Shown: piece by piece, positions 10,166 to 20,188 of the stretch | Layout of the letters: each line of letters begins with the position of its first letter | Position numbering within the stretch: the first letter of the stretch is position 1 | Source: Nanobdellota archaeon | GTDB lineage: Archaea > Nanobdellota > Nanobdellia > Woesearchaeales > GW2011-AR4 | DNA: 64,000 bases | Reading direction: 5' to 3' | Assembly: GCA_022564635.1 (NCBI GenBank) | Contig: JADFLA010000002.1 | Coordinates: 394-64,393 of the forward strand | Translations under genes and position numbers: made by a program | Notes under the pieces: generated by a model | The model's input: only the letters and a program-made list of their open reading frames with translations | Told to the model about the DNA's origin: nothing | Database searches by the model: none

Positions 10166-10348
10166 GGTATATCTAAAATAAAAGAAGAATATGTAAATAT
10201 TAGAGAGCTTATTGAAGAATATGGTTTTCACAATACATTTATTGATAATAAAACAAATCGTAGGTACGCAAAAGTTTATGCTCAGGAACATTAATTTAAT
10301 GGATGATTATAATTCTGCATTAGAAAGATATGTTGCTTAATTAAAAAA

Positions 10349-13300
10349 TCACTTCCTCAACAAAATAAACCCTGCTCCAATTACAAATATCGCAGTTCCT
10401 ATAAATATAACAATAAATATTGCTAACAAAACATTATATCCTTCTGTTTCTGTAAAAGGAATTGCAGCAGGAGGTACTGGTTTTTTCTCTAATATAATTT
10501 TTGGCTTTATTATTTTTACCTTTGGCTTTTCTTTCTTAACTTCCTCTTTAACCTTCTTGACTAACTCACATTCCTCAACATCTAGGTTAACTGTATCTGT
10601 CTCGCTTAATTTACCATCATAATAGGTATTGATGGTTATAGGATATGTTCCAGGTAAAACATCGGTACTTATGGACTCTGTAAATAGTTTTGTAAACCTA
10701 TTATCATCAGTGCCTTCATCAAGCTCTATTCCTGTTACTAATGAATTTATACTTAAATCACTATTCATAACTTCAAGAGTTACATCATCTTCATCTTCTG
10801 AGCCTGTGTTTATTATTTCTGTATTAATTGAAATTGTTCTTTGGCATTTTATTGTTGATGGTGTTAATGCAGACCTTATTATTCTTATTTCATGGTTTTC
10901 TTTCTCTACTTCAAGCTCCAGATTAAATTCAATCTCATGAGTTGTTCCATTTTCATCTTCGCCTTCTACCTCAATTAAAACATCAAAAGTATCTTCTTCA
11001 ACTTCTAAAGGAATCTCAAACTCTATCTTTTCTCTCTCATCCTTTCCTGCCTTTAAGTCAAATTCTTTTGCATCTTCATCTAAATCATCACCATCATCAA
11101 TATCAAGAATAGTCACAATAATTTCAATATCTTCAATTTCCAAATCTTCATCATCTGTAAATAAGTTCTCTACCTCTATACTAAATATAACTTTAGAGCC
11201 TGGTTTTGCTTCCTTACTTATTTTATCCCCATCTATAAGGTTTTTATCAGTTTTCCCGTCTACTTTTACATCAAGATCACTTATTTGTAATTTTGGGCCT
11301 TTAGTAACTGTTATATTATATGATTGGGTTTCTGTTAAGCTTCCATCGCTTACATTTACGGTTACATTATTTACACCTACTTGAGATAATATTGGTGTCC
11401 ATGAAATAACTCCAGTTGAAGAATCTATGCTCATTCCGCTCGGACTTGTTAATAAGGAGAAAGTTAAAACATCTCCATCAGGATCTGTTGCATCAACATC
11501 ATAAGTATATTTTTGTCTTTCTATAGCTCTTGTTACTGGTGTTGATGTTACCACAGGAGCACCATTTGTTCCATTTATTTGCGTAAAGTATGTGGAAAAG
11601 TGCGGAACATTAAATTTCAAAACTCCATTAACAGTATCATATGTTACATTTGTACATACAGTATCTGGACATACAGTCGCACCTGTAGTGCTTTCAAACC
11701 CCGATGTATTAAATATCAAAGGAGTTTTTGTAAAGTTAAGCCCTTTCATAATTAGCGCTGCAGATCCATTTAATCCAGGGTAAGTTACAGTATCAACAGA
11801 TATGAAACCTTTACTTATGTTAATTGCATCTTCTAAGTTAACCACTCCACTAAAGTTTAATGTTTCATTAGTATAGCCAATGCTTCCAAAAGTGCTTTGA
11901 TTAACAACCACATCAGTTGCATTTTGCCTCTCAGTCTCATTTAGACTTAAAACAGGACTTGTAAGTTCATCTGAAACTATTTCTGTAGTCACTATTAAAA
12001 CCCATTCATTTCTTGCTTCTGCTCCTGCAGTATCATTCACAATAACTGTTATGTTATAAATTCCTCCATCTAAATTAGTAACAGTAACATTTGAAGAATT
12101 AGTTGCAATTTTAGTAGTTGTATTTCTAAACCATGTAGCATTTACATAATCTCCTGCATCAACATCAGTAAATGTAATATCAAATCTTTGGCTTCCAACA
12201 GATGATGCAATAGTCTTATTTTTGGTTGGAGAGAATGACGTTATTGTGGGTGCATCATTAGTATTAGTTACAGTTATTGTTATTGTCTCTGAACCATTCT
12301 TTGTTGAATCTTTTGTTACAAAAGTTATTGTGTTGCTGCCAACCTCATCATTTGTTGGTGTCCATGAAACCGTTGCTAGTGAATTGTTTGCATCTTTTGT
12401 AAATGCAATTGGGTTAGTATTAGATGTAAAATTAGACGTAAAAGTCAAGCTGTTATTATCAGGATCATTAACAGTTATATTAAACTTCAGAGTAGAATCT
12501 TCAGTCGCAGCCTTATTTCCTATAGGGTCTAATACTGGTTCTCTGTTTGTATTTGTAACTGTAACCTGCCATTCCTGCTCTGCTGAATTTGAATTATTAT
12601 CTTGTACTTGCAGTTTTATTACATAATTTCCTGCTGCTGTAAAGTTATTTGTAAGATTAAAAGTAAAGTTCTGTACATTACTCGCATTTACATTGTCTAC
12701 AAACCATGTAAAGTTTATTGGATCATTATCTGGATCTGAAGCATTAATAGTAAACGATAATGTCTTATTTTCAGCAACAGCTGGACTGGTGTCTGTACTG
12801 GAACCGTCTATTGTATTATTCCAAGTCCATTTATTAATTACAGGATCATTATCTCTAATCATTGTAAAATTAAATGTTGCTGATTTTGAGGAATTCAATA
12901 AACTATCATTAGCCAAAACATTCCAGAAATAGGTTGTATTAGAATCAAGATTAGTTAATTGTAAACTTGTTGAGGTTGTTGTTGCATTAAATGTTATATT
13001 ATTGCTATTATCGGAGAAAAATACATGATATGTTATCTGATCATTTTCAGCATCTATTGAATTATCCCATTTCAATGTAGCTTTCCCTGCAGAAGATGTA
13101 ACATTAGAACCACTTTCTGGGCTTATTAAATTTGGTGTGGTAGGAGCGTCATTAACATTAGCAACAATAATTGTTATATTATTGCTTGAACTTGTCTGGT
13201 TGCTTGTATCAATTGCAGTAAATATAATGAAATTTATTCCATTAAAGTTCAAATCAGGAGTAAAATTTGCAATTTGAGTTGCATTATTTATATGCACAGT

Positions 13301-15862
13301 TACATTATCTGGCTGGGTAAAATTATATTTCAAATTATCTCCGTCAATTGATTCGAAGAATAATGATAAATTCAAAGTTGTTGAATCATTGTCTTCTATA
13401 ACATTTATTGTTGGTATATTTGCCCTAAAAATTGGTGGGCTATCAGTATTGTTCACTGTTACGGTTATATTTGAAGTATTGGAATTTCCAGCACTGTCAA
13501 ATGTAATTACCTTTAAAGCATAAATTTCATCTGAATAGCTTCCATTTGTGGTATCCCAATTAAATGTAAAGTTGATTTCTGCTGAATTAAAGACCAAAGA
13601 ATCATTTATGAAATATTCTAATCTGCTCAAATTTAAGTCTGTAGCTGTAACATTAAATTCCACAATTCCCTTAACAAATGAATTATCCGTAGGATTAGTT
13701 ATATTTACATTTGGATTATCATCATCTCTTACTAGACTCATAAATGTAGTGTTTGTTTGAGATGTATTCTCGCTTTTTATGGTAAAAGTGAGATTAAAGC
13801 TGCCAATAGATCCTGGCGCATTTCCGCTCATTTCTTTGTGGAATATTGAAACTGTCGCTGCCTGACCCCTTTCAACATAAATATTCCTTATATTTGAATC
13901 ATTCCATAAATTAGGAAAAGTGAAAAGATTTCCAGTAGGTGGGTAAAAAGTAAAATTATGTCCTACATTTCCAGTGTTGTTTATTGTAAATGTTCCAACA
14001 ATTCCCGAAGCATCTGATCTTCTATGGGTTATAGTCTCATTTGGAGAAGATAGCCAGGAATTATCTGTAGGAACCTCTACTGTTAATAATACACTCTTAT
14101 GGGATATGTCTGAGGCTGTAATGTTGAATGTTCCAGTATAATTACCTGGATTTGTATGTCTAGGGATTGCTACATTTACATCCAATGTTACATTTGAAGC
14201 TGCTGATATTGTATTAAAATTAAAAGAGGTTACATTTAACCATACGCTTTGCACTGTGTCTTGAATAAACGTTATATTCACATCATTAAGAGCAAAGTTT
14301 CCTGTTGAGTTTATATCTAATGATACTGTTGAGTTTTCTGCATGGTTTATTGTTGTGGTTAAGTTTGTAGCTGTAGTCATTTGTGGATTATTAGTAATAG
14401 TGACTATACTTAGAATTACTTGTGCAAACGTAACCTGAGTAAAATCGTTATTAGTCCAGTTTCTATTCCAGAATATGCTATGAGTTCCTGTTGTTCCTCC
14501 AGCAATTGAAATATTAAAGGTTACAGTACAATTTTGGCTGCTGTTTATGTTTAAACTGCAGCTTTGATAGCTACCGGATATAGCTGAAAATTTCGCAGAC
14601 GAAAATGAATCAAGAATAACACCAGTATCATACATCGGATTGCTGCCTGTATTCTTCAAAGTTACATTTACTGAAATGATTTTGTCTGATTGATTTAAAT
14701 CCGAAACAGTTACATCTTGTGGTGTTAATGTTGCAGTTGTTGCATTTTTTGTTGTAAAATTTATTGTTGTTGTGTTTGTATTTCCTGCTTTGTCTATTGC
14801 AGTAAAGGTTATTTCAAAATCATTTTCTGTTGAAGGTGCTGTTAAATTGCATATATGAATATCTCCTTCTACGCTAAAATTACCTACTGTTACACCATTT
14901 AACCCACAAGTCACGTTCAATAAATTTGTGTCTGCTACATCCGCTGTTGCATTAAATACTGCTTCAGGACTAATAAAATTCCTAGAATTTGCCTCTGTTG
15001 TTGGGTTTGAGATGCTTGGATTTGTATTATCAACGGTTATATCTAATACAGTATCTATATTTGAAAAACCCAAGGTATCGTTAAAAAATATTGTTATGTT
15101 GTAAAAAGTTTCAGCATTCAAGCTAGTATTCCAGACAAAGTACCATAAGTCTCCTGTTTTAGTCATCGTAAAATTACTGTTGTTAAAATCTATTAAAGAA
15201 ACATTAACGCTATGTGCAGCATCCGTTATATTTACTGTTACATTAACTAAACCTGCTATAAAAGAATTGTTTGCAAACGGATTAATCCATTTGTTAAATA
15301 CTGGTGAGACATTGTCATTATTATCTCCGGGTGTTTGAACATTTAAATCGATAATATTTGATGAACCATCTGGGTGTCTACCAATAGGAATATTAGCAGT
15401 AGAGCTTGCATAAGTAACACTATCAACCAAATTTCCAGAATTGTTATATAAGAAGATAGTATCGCCGCTGTTAGTCAAAATAAAGTTTGGAACGGCTAAT
15501 CCATATTCAATAATTTTAACTCCACTTGCATTAACATTAGGATAACTATTATTAAAAAAAGAAAAATTAAATGCCAAAACTACAAAACCTTTTGAGGGTA
15601 TTATTGCATTATTTATTGTAAAATTACCTGCTGTGGACGATGTTTCTGAAATATTCCAGTCTGTTAAATCCACTGAAGAAGAACCATTATTAAAAAGTTC
15701 AATCCATTCCCCTTTCTTGTCTGGAGTGGCAGAAGAGTCAGGCAAAAACTCATTAACGAAAATATTAGCACTAACAAACCCAACCATAGAAACAAGTAAT
15801 AAAACTAATAGAATTACAAATAACACACTTCTTTTTCCACTCTTTTTCAAATTATCACCCAA
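10349..15862 (-). CDS. giant membrane-anchored surface protein with LTD-like N-terminal domain and cadherin/Ig-like repeats (1837 aa)
   Basis: Signal/TM VLFVILLVLLLVSMVGFVSA; lamin-tail-like GEWIELFNNGSSSVDLTDWNI; repeated modules joined by NDAPT/NREPV linkers; very many N-x-S/T sequons; C-terminal TM + RK; non-ATG (TTG) start in the track. Confidence 0.85.
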   Translation of the reverse strand: MGDNLKKSGKRSVLFVILLVLLLVSMVGFVSANIFVNEFLPDSSATPDKKGEWIELFNNGSSSVDLTDWNISETSSTAGNFTINNAIIPSKGFVVLAFNFSFFNNSYPNVNASGVKIIEYGLAVPNFILTNSGDTIFLYNNSGNLVDSVTYASSTANIPIGRHPDGSSNIIDLNVQTPGDNNDNVSPVFNKWINPFANNSFIAGLVNVTVNITDAAHSVNVSLIDFNNSNFTMTKTGDLWYFVWNTSLNAETFYNITIFFNDTLGFSNIDTVLDITVDNTNPSISNPTTEANSRNFISPEAVFNATADVADTNLLNVTCGLNGVTVGNFSVEGDIHICNLTAPSTENDFEITFTAIDKAGNTNTTTINFTTKNATTATLTPQDVTVSDLNQSDKIISVNVTLKNTGSNPMYDTGVILDSFSSAKFSAISGSYQSCSLNINSSQNCTVTFNISIAGGTTGTHSIFWNRNWTNNDFTQVTFAQVILSIVTITNNPQMTTATNLTTTINHAENSTVSLDINSTGNFALNDVNITFIQDTVQSVWLNVTSFNFNTISAASNVTLDVNVAIPRHTNPGNYTGTFNITASDISHKSVLLTVEVPTDNSWLSSPNETITHRRSDASGIVGTFTINNTGNVGHNFTFYPPTGNLFTFPNLWNDSNIRNIYVERGQAATVSIFHKEMSGNAPGSIGSFNLTFTIKSENTSQTNTTFMSLVRDDDNPNVNITNPTDNSFVKGIVEFNVTATDLNLSRLEYFINDSLVFNSAEINFTFNWDTTNGSYSDEIYALKVITFDSAGNSNTSNITVTVNNTDSPPIFRANIPTINVIEDNDSTTLNLSLFFESIDGDNLKYNFTQPDNVTVHINNATQIANFTPDLNFNGINFIIFTAIDTSNQTSSSNNITIIVANVNDAPTTPNLISPESGSNVTSSAGKATLKWDNSIDAENDQITYHVFFSDNSNNITFNATTTSTSLQLTNLDSNTTYFWNVLANDSLLNSSKSATFNFTMIRDNDPVINKWTWNNTIDGSSTDTSPAVAENKTLSFTINASDPDNDPINFTWFVDNVNASNVQNFTFNLTNNFTAAGNYVIKLQVQDNNSNSAEQEWQVTVTNTNREPVLDPIGNKAATEDSTLKFNITVNDPDNNSLTFTSNFTSNTNPIAFTKDANNSLATVSWTPTNDEVGSNTITFVTKDSTKNGSETITITVTNTNDAPTITSFSPTKNKTIASSVGSQRFDITFTDVDAGDYVNATWFRNTTTKIATNSSNVTVTNLDGGIYNITVIVNDTAGAEARNEWVLIVTTEIVSDELTSPVLSLNETERQNATDVVVNQSTFGSIGYTNETLNFSGVVNLEDAINISKGFISVDTVTYPGLNGSAALIMKGLNFTKTPLIFNTSGFESTTGATVCPDTVCTNVTYDTVNGVLKFNVPHFSTYFTQINGTNGAPVVTSTPVTRAIERQKYTYDVDATDPDGDVLTFSLLTSPSGMSIDSSTGVISWTPILSQVGVNNVTVNVSDGSLTETQSYNITVTKGPKLQISDLDVKVDGKTDKNLIDGDKISKEAKPGSKVIFSIEVENLFTDDEDLEIEDIEIIVTILDIDDGDDLDEDAKEFDLKAGKDEREKIEFEIPLEVEEDTFDVLIEVEGEDENGTTHEIEFNLELEVEKENHEIRIIRSALTPSTIKCQRTISINTEIINTGSEDEDDVTLEVMNSDLSINSLVTGIELDEGTDDNRFTKLFTESISTDVLPGTYPITINTYYDGKLSETDTVNLDVEECELVKKVKEEVKKEKPKVKIIKPKIILEKKPVPPAAIPFTETEGYNVLLAIFIVIFIGTAIFVIGAGFILLRK

Positions 15863-15972
15863 CGTAAAGAATTAGTTTAAAAAATCTAAATTTATTTATA
15901 AGTATTATTGTGTTGGAGTGGTTATTTTGATTAGTTATTTGTTGGTAATTAATTTTTTATGTTAATTTTTAT

Positions 15973-17790
15973 TTATAGTTGTTTTTTCCTAACTGTCCTA
16001 GCAACTAAGAAAGCAGCACCAGCAATTAAAATTATATTTATTATAACTACTGCAATCCAGAATCCGCGTTTTTTTACTAAAGGAACCTCAGTTGTGGTTG
16101 TAGGCTGCAAAACAGATATTTCCTCGCCTTCTGTTGTTTCTTCTTCTATTTCTGGGGCAGTTTCAACAACTTCTGTCTCCCCTACTATTTCCTCTTCTAC
16201 TACTTCCTCAACAACTTGACCAGCGCAAGCCTCAACTTCCAAATTAGCTGTTCTTGTTTCCCATAAAATCTCTTCTTGAATGTATGCCTTCACCTCTATT
16301 GGATATTTCTTTGCTTCCATACCCCTATCAATATTTATTGTAAGTTTTTTTGTAAATTCATTATCAGTATCAAATGGATCTTCTTCTAGCTTAATATTTC
16401 TCTTTACAAAATTAATGCCTAAATCAGAATTTATAATTTCAATTTTTGCATCTGCTTCTGTTCTTGCACCTATATTTTTTATTGTTGCTGTTAATGTTGA
16501 GCTTCCACTACACTTTATCTTTTCTGGGAAAAGTGATGCTTTACTTACCATAACCTCTCTGCTTTCTTTATCTATTCTCAACTTCAGATTCATCTTTGCA
16601 CTATGAGTATTACGATTTTCATCCTCCCCTTCTAGTTCTATAACAACATCGTATGTGTCCTGGACAACTGATATGGGTATGTTAAAAAATACATCTATGT
16701 CAACATTTCCTCCAGCATCTACATCAAATTCTTTTGATTCCTCTTCTAGATCATCTCCATCATCTAGTTCTTCTATTGTAACCTTGATAGTTATATCATT
16801 TATATCTATATCTTCATCATCCGTAAAAGTATTAACTATATTAAAGCTAAATCTTAACTCCGATCCTGGCCCTGCATCTTCACCACCAAAATTTAGTTTT
16901 TTACCATCAGGAACACCTAAATCATTTCCACTTTCAGATCTGAGAGTTCCATCAGAGCCTCGCTTTATCCTAGTAGTAAGAAAAACATCAAGATCATCAA
17001 TTATTAAGCCACCACTTATCTCGGCTTTTAGATCAAATAAATCAGTGTTAAATTCTGCTGAGGTAAGTCTTACCTTTCCTAAAGTCACATTGCCTGTTGA
17101 GGTATCTTTTGGAATTGTTATGTTAAATCCAATTGGTTTTGTTTCACCAATTGAAAGGGTAAAATTGCTCTTATTAGTTTGCAAACTAAATTTACTATCA
17201 CTAAAACCAAAAATTAAATTTGTTATATCGCCAGTGCCAGTATTGGTTATGTCAAAAGTTCCCTTCTGAGTTGAGTCAAGGCTTGCACTTCCCAAATTTA
17301 ATTCAGAAGAAGGACTTGTACTCACACTAAAAGTAGGAGTTACATTGACATTTATTATTGTTGTATCAGAAATTGTTGCTGGATCTGAAAGGCTTCCATT
17401 TGCAGCTGTCAAAGTTCCAGTATATGTACCAAGAGTTTGTCCACTAGGTATTACAACAGAAAAGCTTGCACTCTGGCTAGCACCTGCAGCTATGGATGGA
17501 TTTGTTATGTTGCTTAAAGAACTGATAGTCAGTTTATTAGTCCCATCAGTATGAGTTAGTATAAAGCCGGTAAAATTTATATCAAGTGCCGTTGTACCTG
17601 TATTATCTATAGTAACACTTGAACTGATAGTATTACTAACTACACTTGATAGATTTACAAAATCATCACTAAATTTAAAATTAGGCACAGCATTTACACT
17701 CATTGCATACAAAAACAGAACAAAAATTGTTATAAATAAAAATTTCCTCATTTTAATCATCAATGATATTATTCTAGAGTAGTTATTCAA
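15973..17790 (-). CDS. membrane-anchored surface protein, paralogous in its C-terminal module to the giant neighbour (605 aa)
   Basis: Signal peptide MRKFLFITIFVLFLYAMSVNA, beta-rich T/S/N-rich ectodomain, acidic DDEDIDINDITIKVTIEELDDGDD module, C-terminal TM + basic tail; true start probably the internal M (MRKF). Confidence 0.8.
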   Translation of the reverse strand: MNNYSRIISLMIKMRKFLFITIFVLFLYAMSVNAVPNFKFSDDFVNLSSVVSNTISSSVTIDNTGTTALDINFTGFILTHTDGTNKLTISSLSNITNPSIAAGASQSASFSVVIPSGQTLGTYTGTLTAANGSLSDPATISDTTIINVNVTPTFSVSTSPSSELNLGSASLDSTQKGTFDITNTGTGDITNLIFGFSDSKFSLQTNKSNFTLSIGETKPIGFNITIPKDTSTGNVTLGKVRLTSAEFNTDLFDLKAEISGGLIIDDLDVFLTTRIKRGSDGTLRSESGNDLGVPDGKKLNFGGEDAGPGSELRFSFNIVNTFTDDEDIDINDITIKVTIEELDDGDDLEEESKEFDVDAGGNVDIDVFFNIPISVVQDTYDVVIELEGEDENRNTHSAKMNLKLRIDKESREVMVSKASLFPEKIKCSGSSTLTATIKNIGARTEADAKIEIINSDLGINFVKRNIKLEEDPFDTDNEFTKKLTINIDRGMEAKKYPIEVKAYIQEEILWETRTANLEVEACAGQVVEEVVEEEIVGETEVVETAPEIEEETTEGEEISVLQPTTTTEVPLVKKRGFWIAVVIINIILIAGAAFLVARTVRKKQL

Positions 17791-17809
17791 TATTTAAATA
17801 TTGTGGTTT

Positions 17810-18589
17810 TTATGAGATGTTTGTTAATTCCTTATAAAAATTATCTTCATCAAGCAACGTTACTCCATGTTCTTTCGCTTCCTTGATTTGCTGTTCATTA
17901 TTATAACCCCATGTTGCAAGATAACACTTTACTCCTAAAGCCATTAACTTCGGAAAATGCTTTACTTGGTCATCAACAAAATAAATTTGATCAAAATCTG
18001 CTTTTAATTTGTTTTTTATGTATTCAAGATGTTCTATTTTATTCGAACTAAGTGTAGAGTCAGTTATTATTTTTGGTTTAATTCCATATTCATCTAAAAA
18101 CACTTGCACAAGTTCTTCCTTATTGTTCGTTGCTATGGTTATAGTATATTTATTTTCCAGTTTTTTAATTTCATCTATTATTTTTCTGAAAGGTGTTTCA
18201 AGCTTAAGCCATTCTCGAAGATGCCCTCTTTGCATATTATATCTTCCATCATGGAAATGTTCAACGCACTTGTCATAATTTCCTGGTATGAGTTTTTCTC
18301 TTATTTTATTGAATTCTTCTTGATTACTTACTGTAATATTTTTATCAATTATATAGAGAACAACATAATAGCAGAATGCATCTACAATATATGGTCTTAG
18401 ACTTTTCCATTTCTCTGTTGTTTCCTTATATTTCTCTTTCAATCCATCAAAATTATCAAATGTAAGTGCTTGGCCACCAAATAGTTTAGTATTTTCGTTA
18501 AACTTAAGATATGTATGCGATACTAAAAATAAACATTCCATCTGGCTATCTGCTATCACACCATCAAAGTCAAGAGTTAGGACCTTCAT
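17810..18589 (-). CDS. HAD-superfamily hydrolase
   Basis: Motif I LDFDGVIADS at the N-terminus and late FVDD motif. Confidence 0.75.
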   Translation of the reverse strand: MKVLTLDFDGVIADSQMECLFLVSHTYLKFNENTKLFGGQALTFDNFDGLKEKYKETTEKWKSLRPYIVDAFCYYVVLYIIDKNITVSNQEEFNKIREKLIPGNYDKCVEHFHDGRYNMQRGHLREWLKLETPFRKIIDEIKKLENKYTITIATNNKEELVQVFLDEYGIKPKIITDSTLSSNKIEHLEYIKNKLKADFDQIYFVDDQVKHFPKLMALGVKCYLATWGYNNEQQIKEAKEHGVTLLDEDNFYKELTNIS

Positions 18590-18652
18590 GATAAAAATAG
18601 AAAAAGTTATTATTTATTAATATTGGGTTTTAAGATCTAAAAGAAAAAGATT

Positions 18653-20086
18653 TTATTCAGATTCTGCTGCAGTTTCTACAGCTTCTGTACCATCTGCATC
18701 AGCATTATCAGATGAATCATTATTTTCAGAATCTTCTGCATAAGTTTCTGCTTCAGCTTTATAGGCCACATCAGATGTTTCTGAATTTTCTGTTTTATCT
18801 GCCAACTCACTCTCGTCACTTACTCCAGATTCTTTTCCAATATATTCTTCTAATTTATTATCAACATAATCTGCTACATCTTTAATACCTGAGGCAACTG
18901 CCTCTACTTCATATTCTTCTGCGAGCTGTTCAAGTTTGCTTAATGATTGGGCTGAACCTAAATTTCCTGTACGGGCAGCTTTTTCATATGCAGCATAGTG
19001 TCTAGCCAGAATACCATCTATCTTCCCTTGTAGAGTTCCTTCTCTTAATTTTGCTTGCTCACCATAATGTCTTGATTGTAGTTTTCCAGCCCTTGTTTCA
19101 GAAGCTGTTTTAGATAAAACATCCGGCTCATTAAAATGATATAGTTCATGCTCTATTACAGAATTGATGTAACTTTCTACAAACTCTTCTGCTTCTCTAC
19201 CACTAAGACCACGTGCTTCTGCACGTCTCCATGCCACACTTTCTAAATTTTCTGCCAATGTGAGAATAGATTTATCAATGGTTGCTCCAAGAGCATTTTC
19301 ATCTGATAAATCAACAACTCCAAACCCTTTTACATCCCTCCCTTCATCAATATCATTTGTCATTAGGTATCTAGCCCAATTCAACGCTCTCTCCCTTAAA
19401 ATTGTATAAGACTCTGTTTCTGGATCATAAGTAGGCCTTTCAGAGAATTGATCAATAAACAAATTTCTCCTTACTCTTAATTCTCCATTAAATGTTTTCG
19501 ACAGATCTCTACCATAATTATTACCCAACATATCACCATACGGAACAGCTTCTTTTACGAATAATTCAACATCTGGCATAGCTGAGTATTTACTATATGC
19601 TCGCTTTTCTTCCGGAAATACAATTAATCCTTGACTTTTTGCAGGTAATTCAACATACTCTACTAATGGTTTTTCAGCAAGAAGTCCATCCATCCTATCC
19701 ATACTTTCTTCTGAATTGGTTACATATCCATATTTATTCAAATCTTCTTCAAGATAAGCATCTTTCCTGCCAGATGATGAGAATATTCTATATCCGTTCC
19801 ATTTAGTATAAGTTATCGAATAGTCCGTTAAACCTTGCCATGTCTGGGCATTTTGATCATTCCTCCAAGCAAAGCTATGATTCTGGACCATTGAAGTACT
19901 TGCATCATGATAAGGACCACCTTCTGGAATAAAGCTTTCTAGTCTAGGTAAATCTAAGATCTCTTGAGGTGTAGGTGTAAGTGCTTCTTTGCTTGGATCA
20001 GGAAGTACTGAAATCCTAATAGATGGTCCAGAGTAATAACTACTTTCAACATGCGTAGTTCCTAAACTATTAGGTAAATTATCCAT
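18653..20086 (-). CDS. orphan protein with HExxH motif and acidic C-terminal tail
   Basis: VIEHELYHF zincin-like motif; last ~70 aa D/E/S-rich; ATG at 20086 preceded by GGTGG (SD-like); the track start is TTG 20098. Confidence 0.6.
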   Translation of the reverse strand: MDNLPNSLGTTHVESSYYSGPSIRISVLPDPSKEALTPTPQEILDLPRLESFIPEGGPYHDASTSMVQNHSFAWRNDQNAQTWQGLTDYSITYTKWNGYRIFSSSGRKDAYLEEDLNKYGYVTNSEESMDRMDGLLAEKPLVEYVELPAKSQGLIVFPEEKRAYSKYSAMPDVELFVKEAVPYGDMLGNNYGRDLSKTFNGELRVRRNLFIDQFSERPTYDPETESYTILRERALNWARYLMTNDIDEGRDVKGFGVVDLSDENALGATIDKSILTLAENLESVAWRRAEARGLSGREAEEFVESYINSVIEHELYHFNEPDVLSKTASETRAGKLQSRHYGEQAKLREGTLQGKIDGILARHYAAYEKAARTGNLGSAQSLSKLEQLAEEYEVEAVASGIKDVADYVDNKLEEYIGKESGVSDESELADKTENSETSDVAYKAEAETYAEDSENNDSSDNADADGTEAVETAAESE

Positions 20087-20123
20087 TTTTCCACCCAATA
20101 TATTGTGACTATTTAACAGTAGT

Positions 20124-20152
20124 AAAACTAGTATATAAACCTTTCGGTTTTT
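20124..20152 (-). promoter_or_regulatory. BRE/TATA promoter (AAAAACCGAAAGGTTTATATA)
   Basis: Minus-strand aaaaaccgaaaggtttatata; 21 nt identical to 22319-22339; ~45 nt upstream of ATG 20086. Confidence 0.5.
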
Positions 20153-20188
20153 GTATTAAGAAAAGCCATAAAATGCAATTAGAAACAG

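Noticed and set aside
9983-10293. An in-frame TAG at 10163-10165 followed by 42 more open codons, raising amber read-through, pyrrolysine or a reassigned stop
   Set aside because: TAG terminates many well-supported genes in this window (e.g. 26842, 34257, 35945, 38923, 46790, 63920). Recoding is therefore unlikely, and a truncated gene or chance ORF is more plausible.
10629-15875. Several 60-134-aa plus-strand ORFs inside the giant surface-protein gene; similar ones lie inside 15973-17790 (e.g. 16655-17269, 204 aa)
   Set aside because: They are antisense shadows of long, compositionally biased genes. Their translations are S/V/F-rich low-complexity strings with no start context.
10349-17790. 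A diversity-generating retroelement acting on the large surface proteins (template/variable repeat pair plus reverse transcriptase)
   Set aside because: I found no YxDD-type RT motif in any ORF of the window. I also saw no ~100-bp adenine-mutated repeat pair near the 3' ends of these genes.
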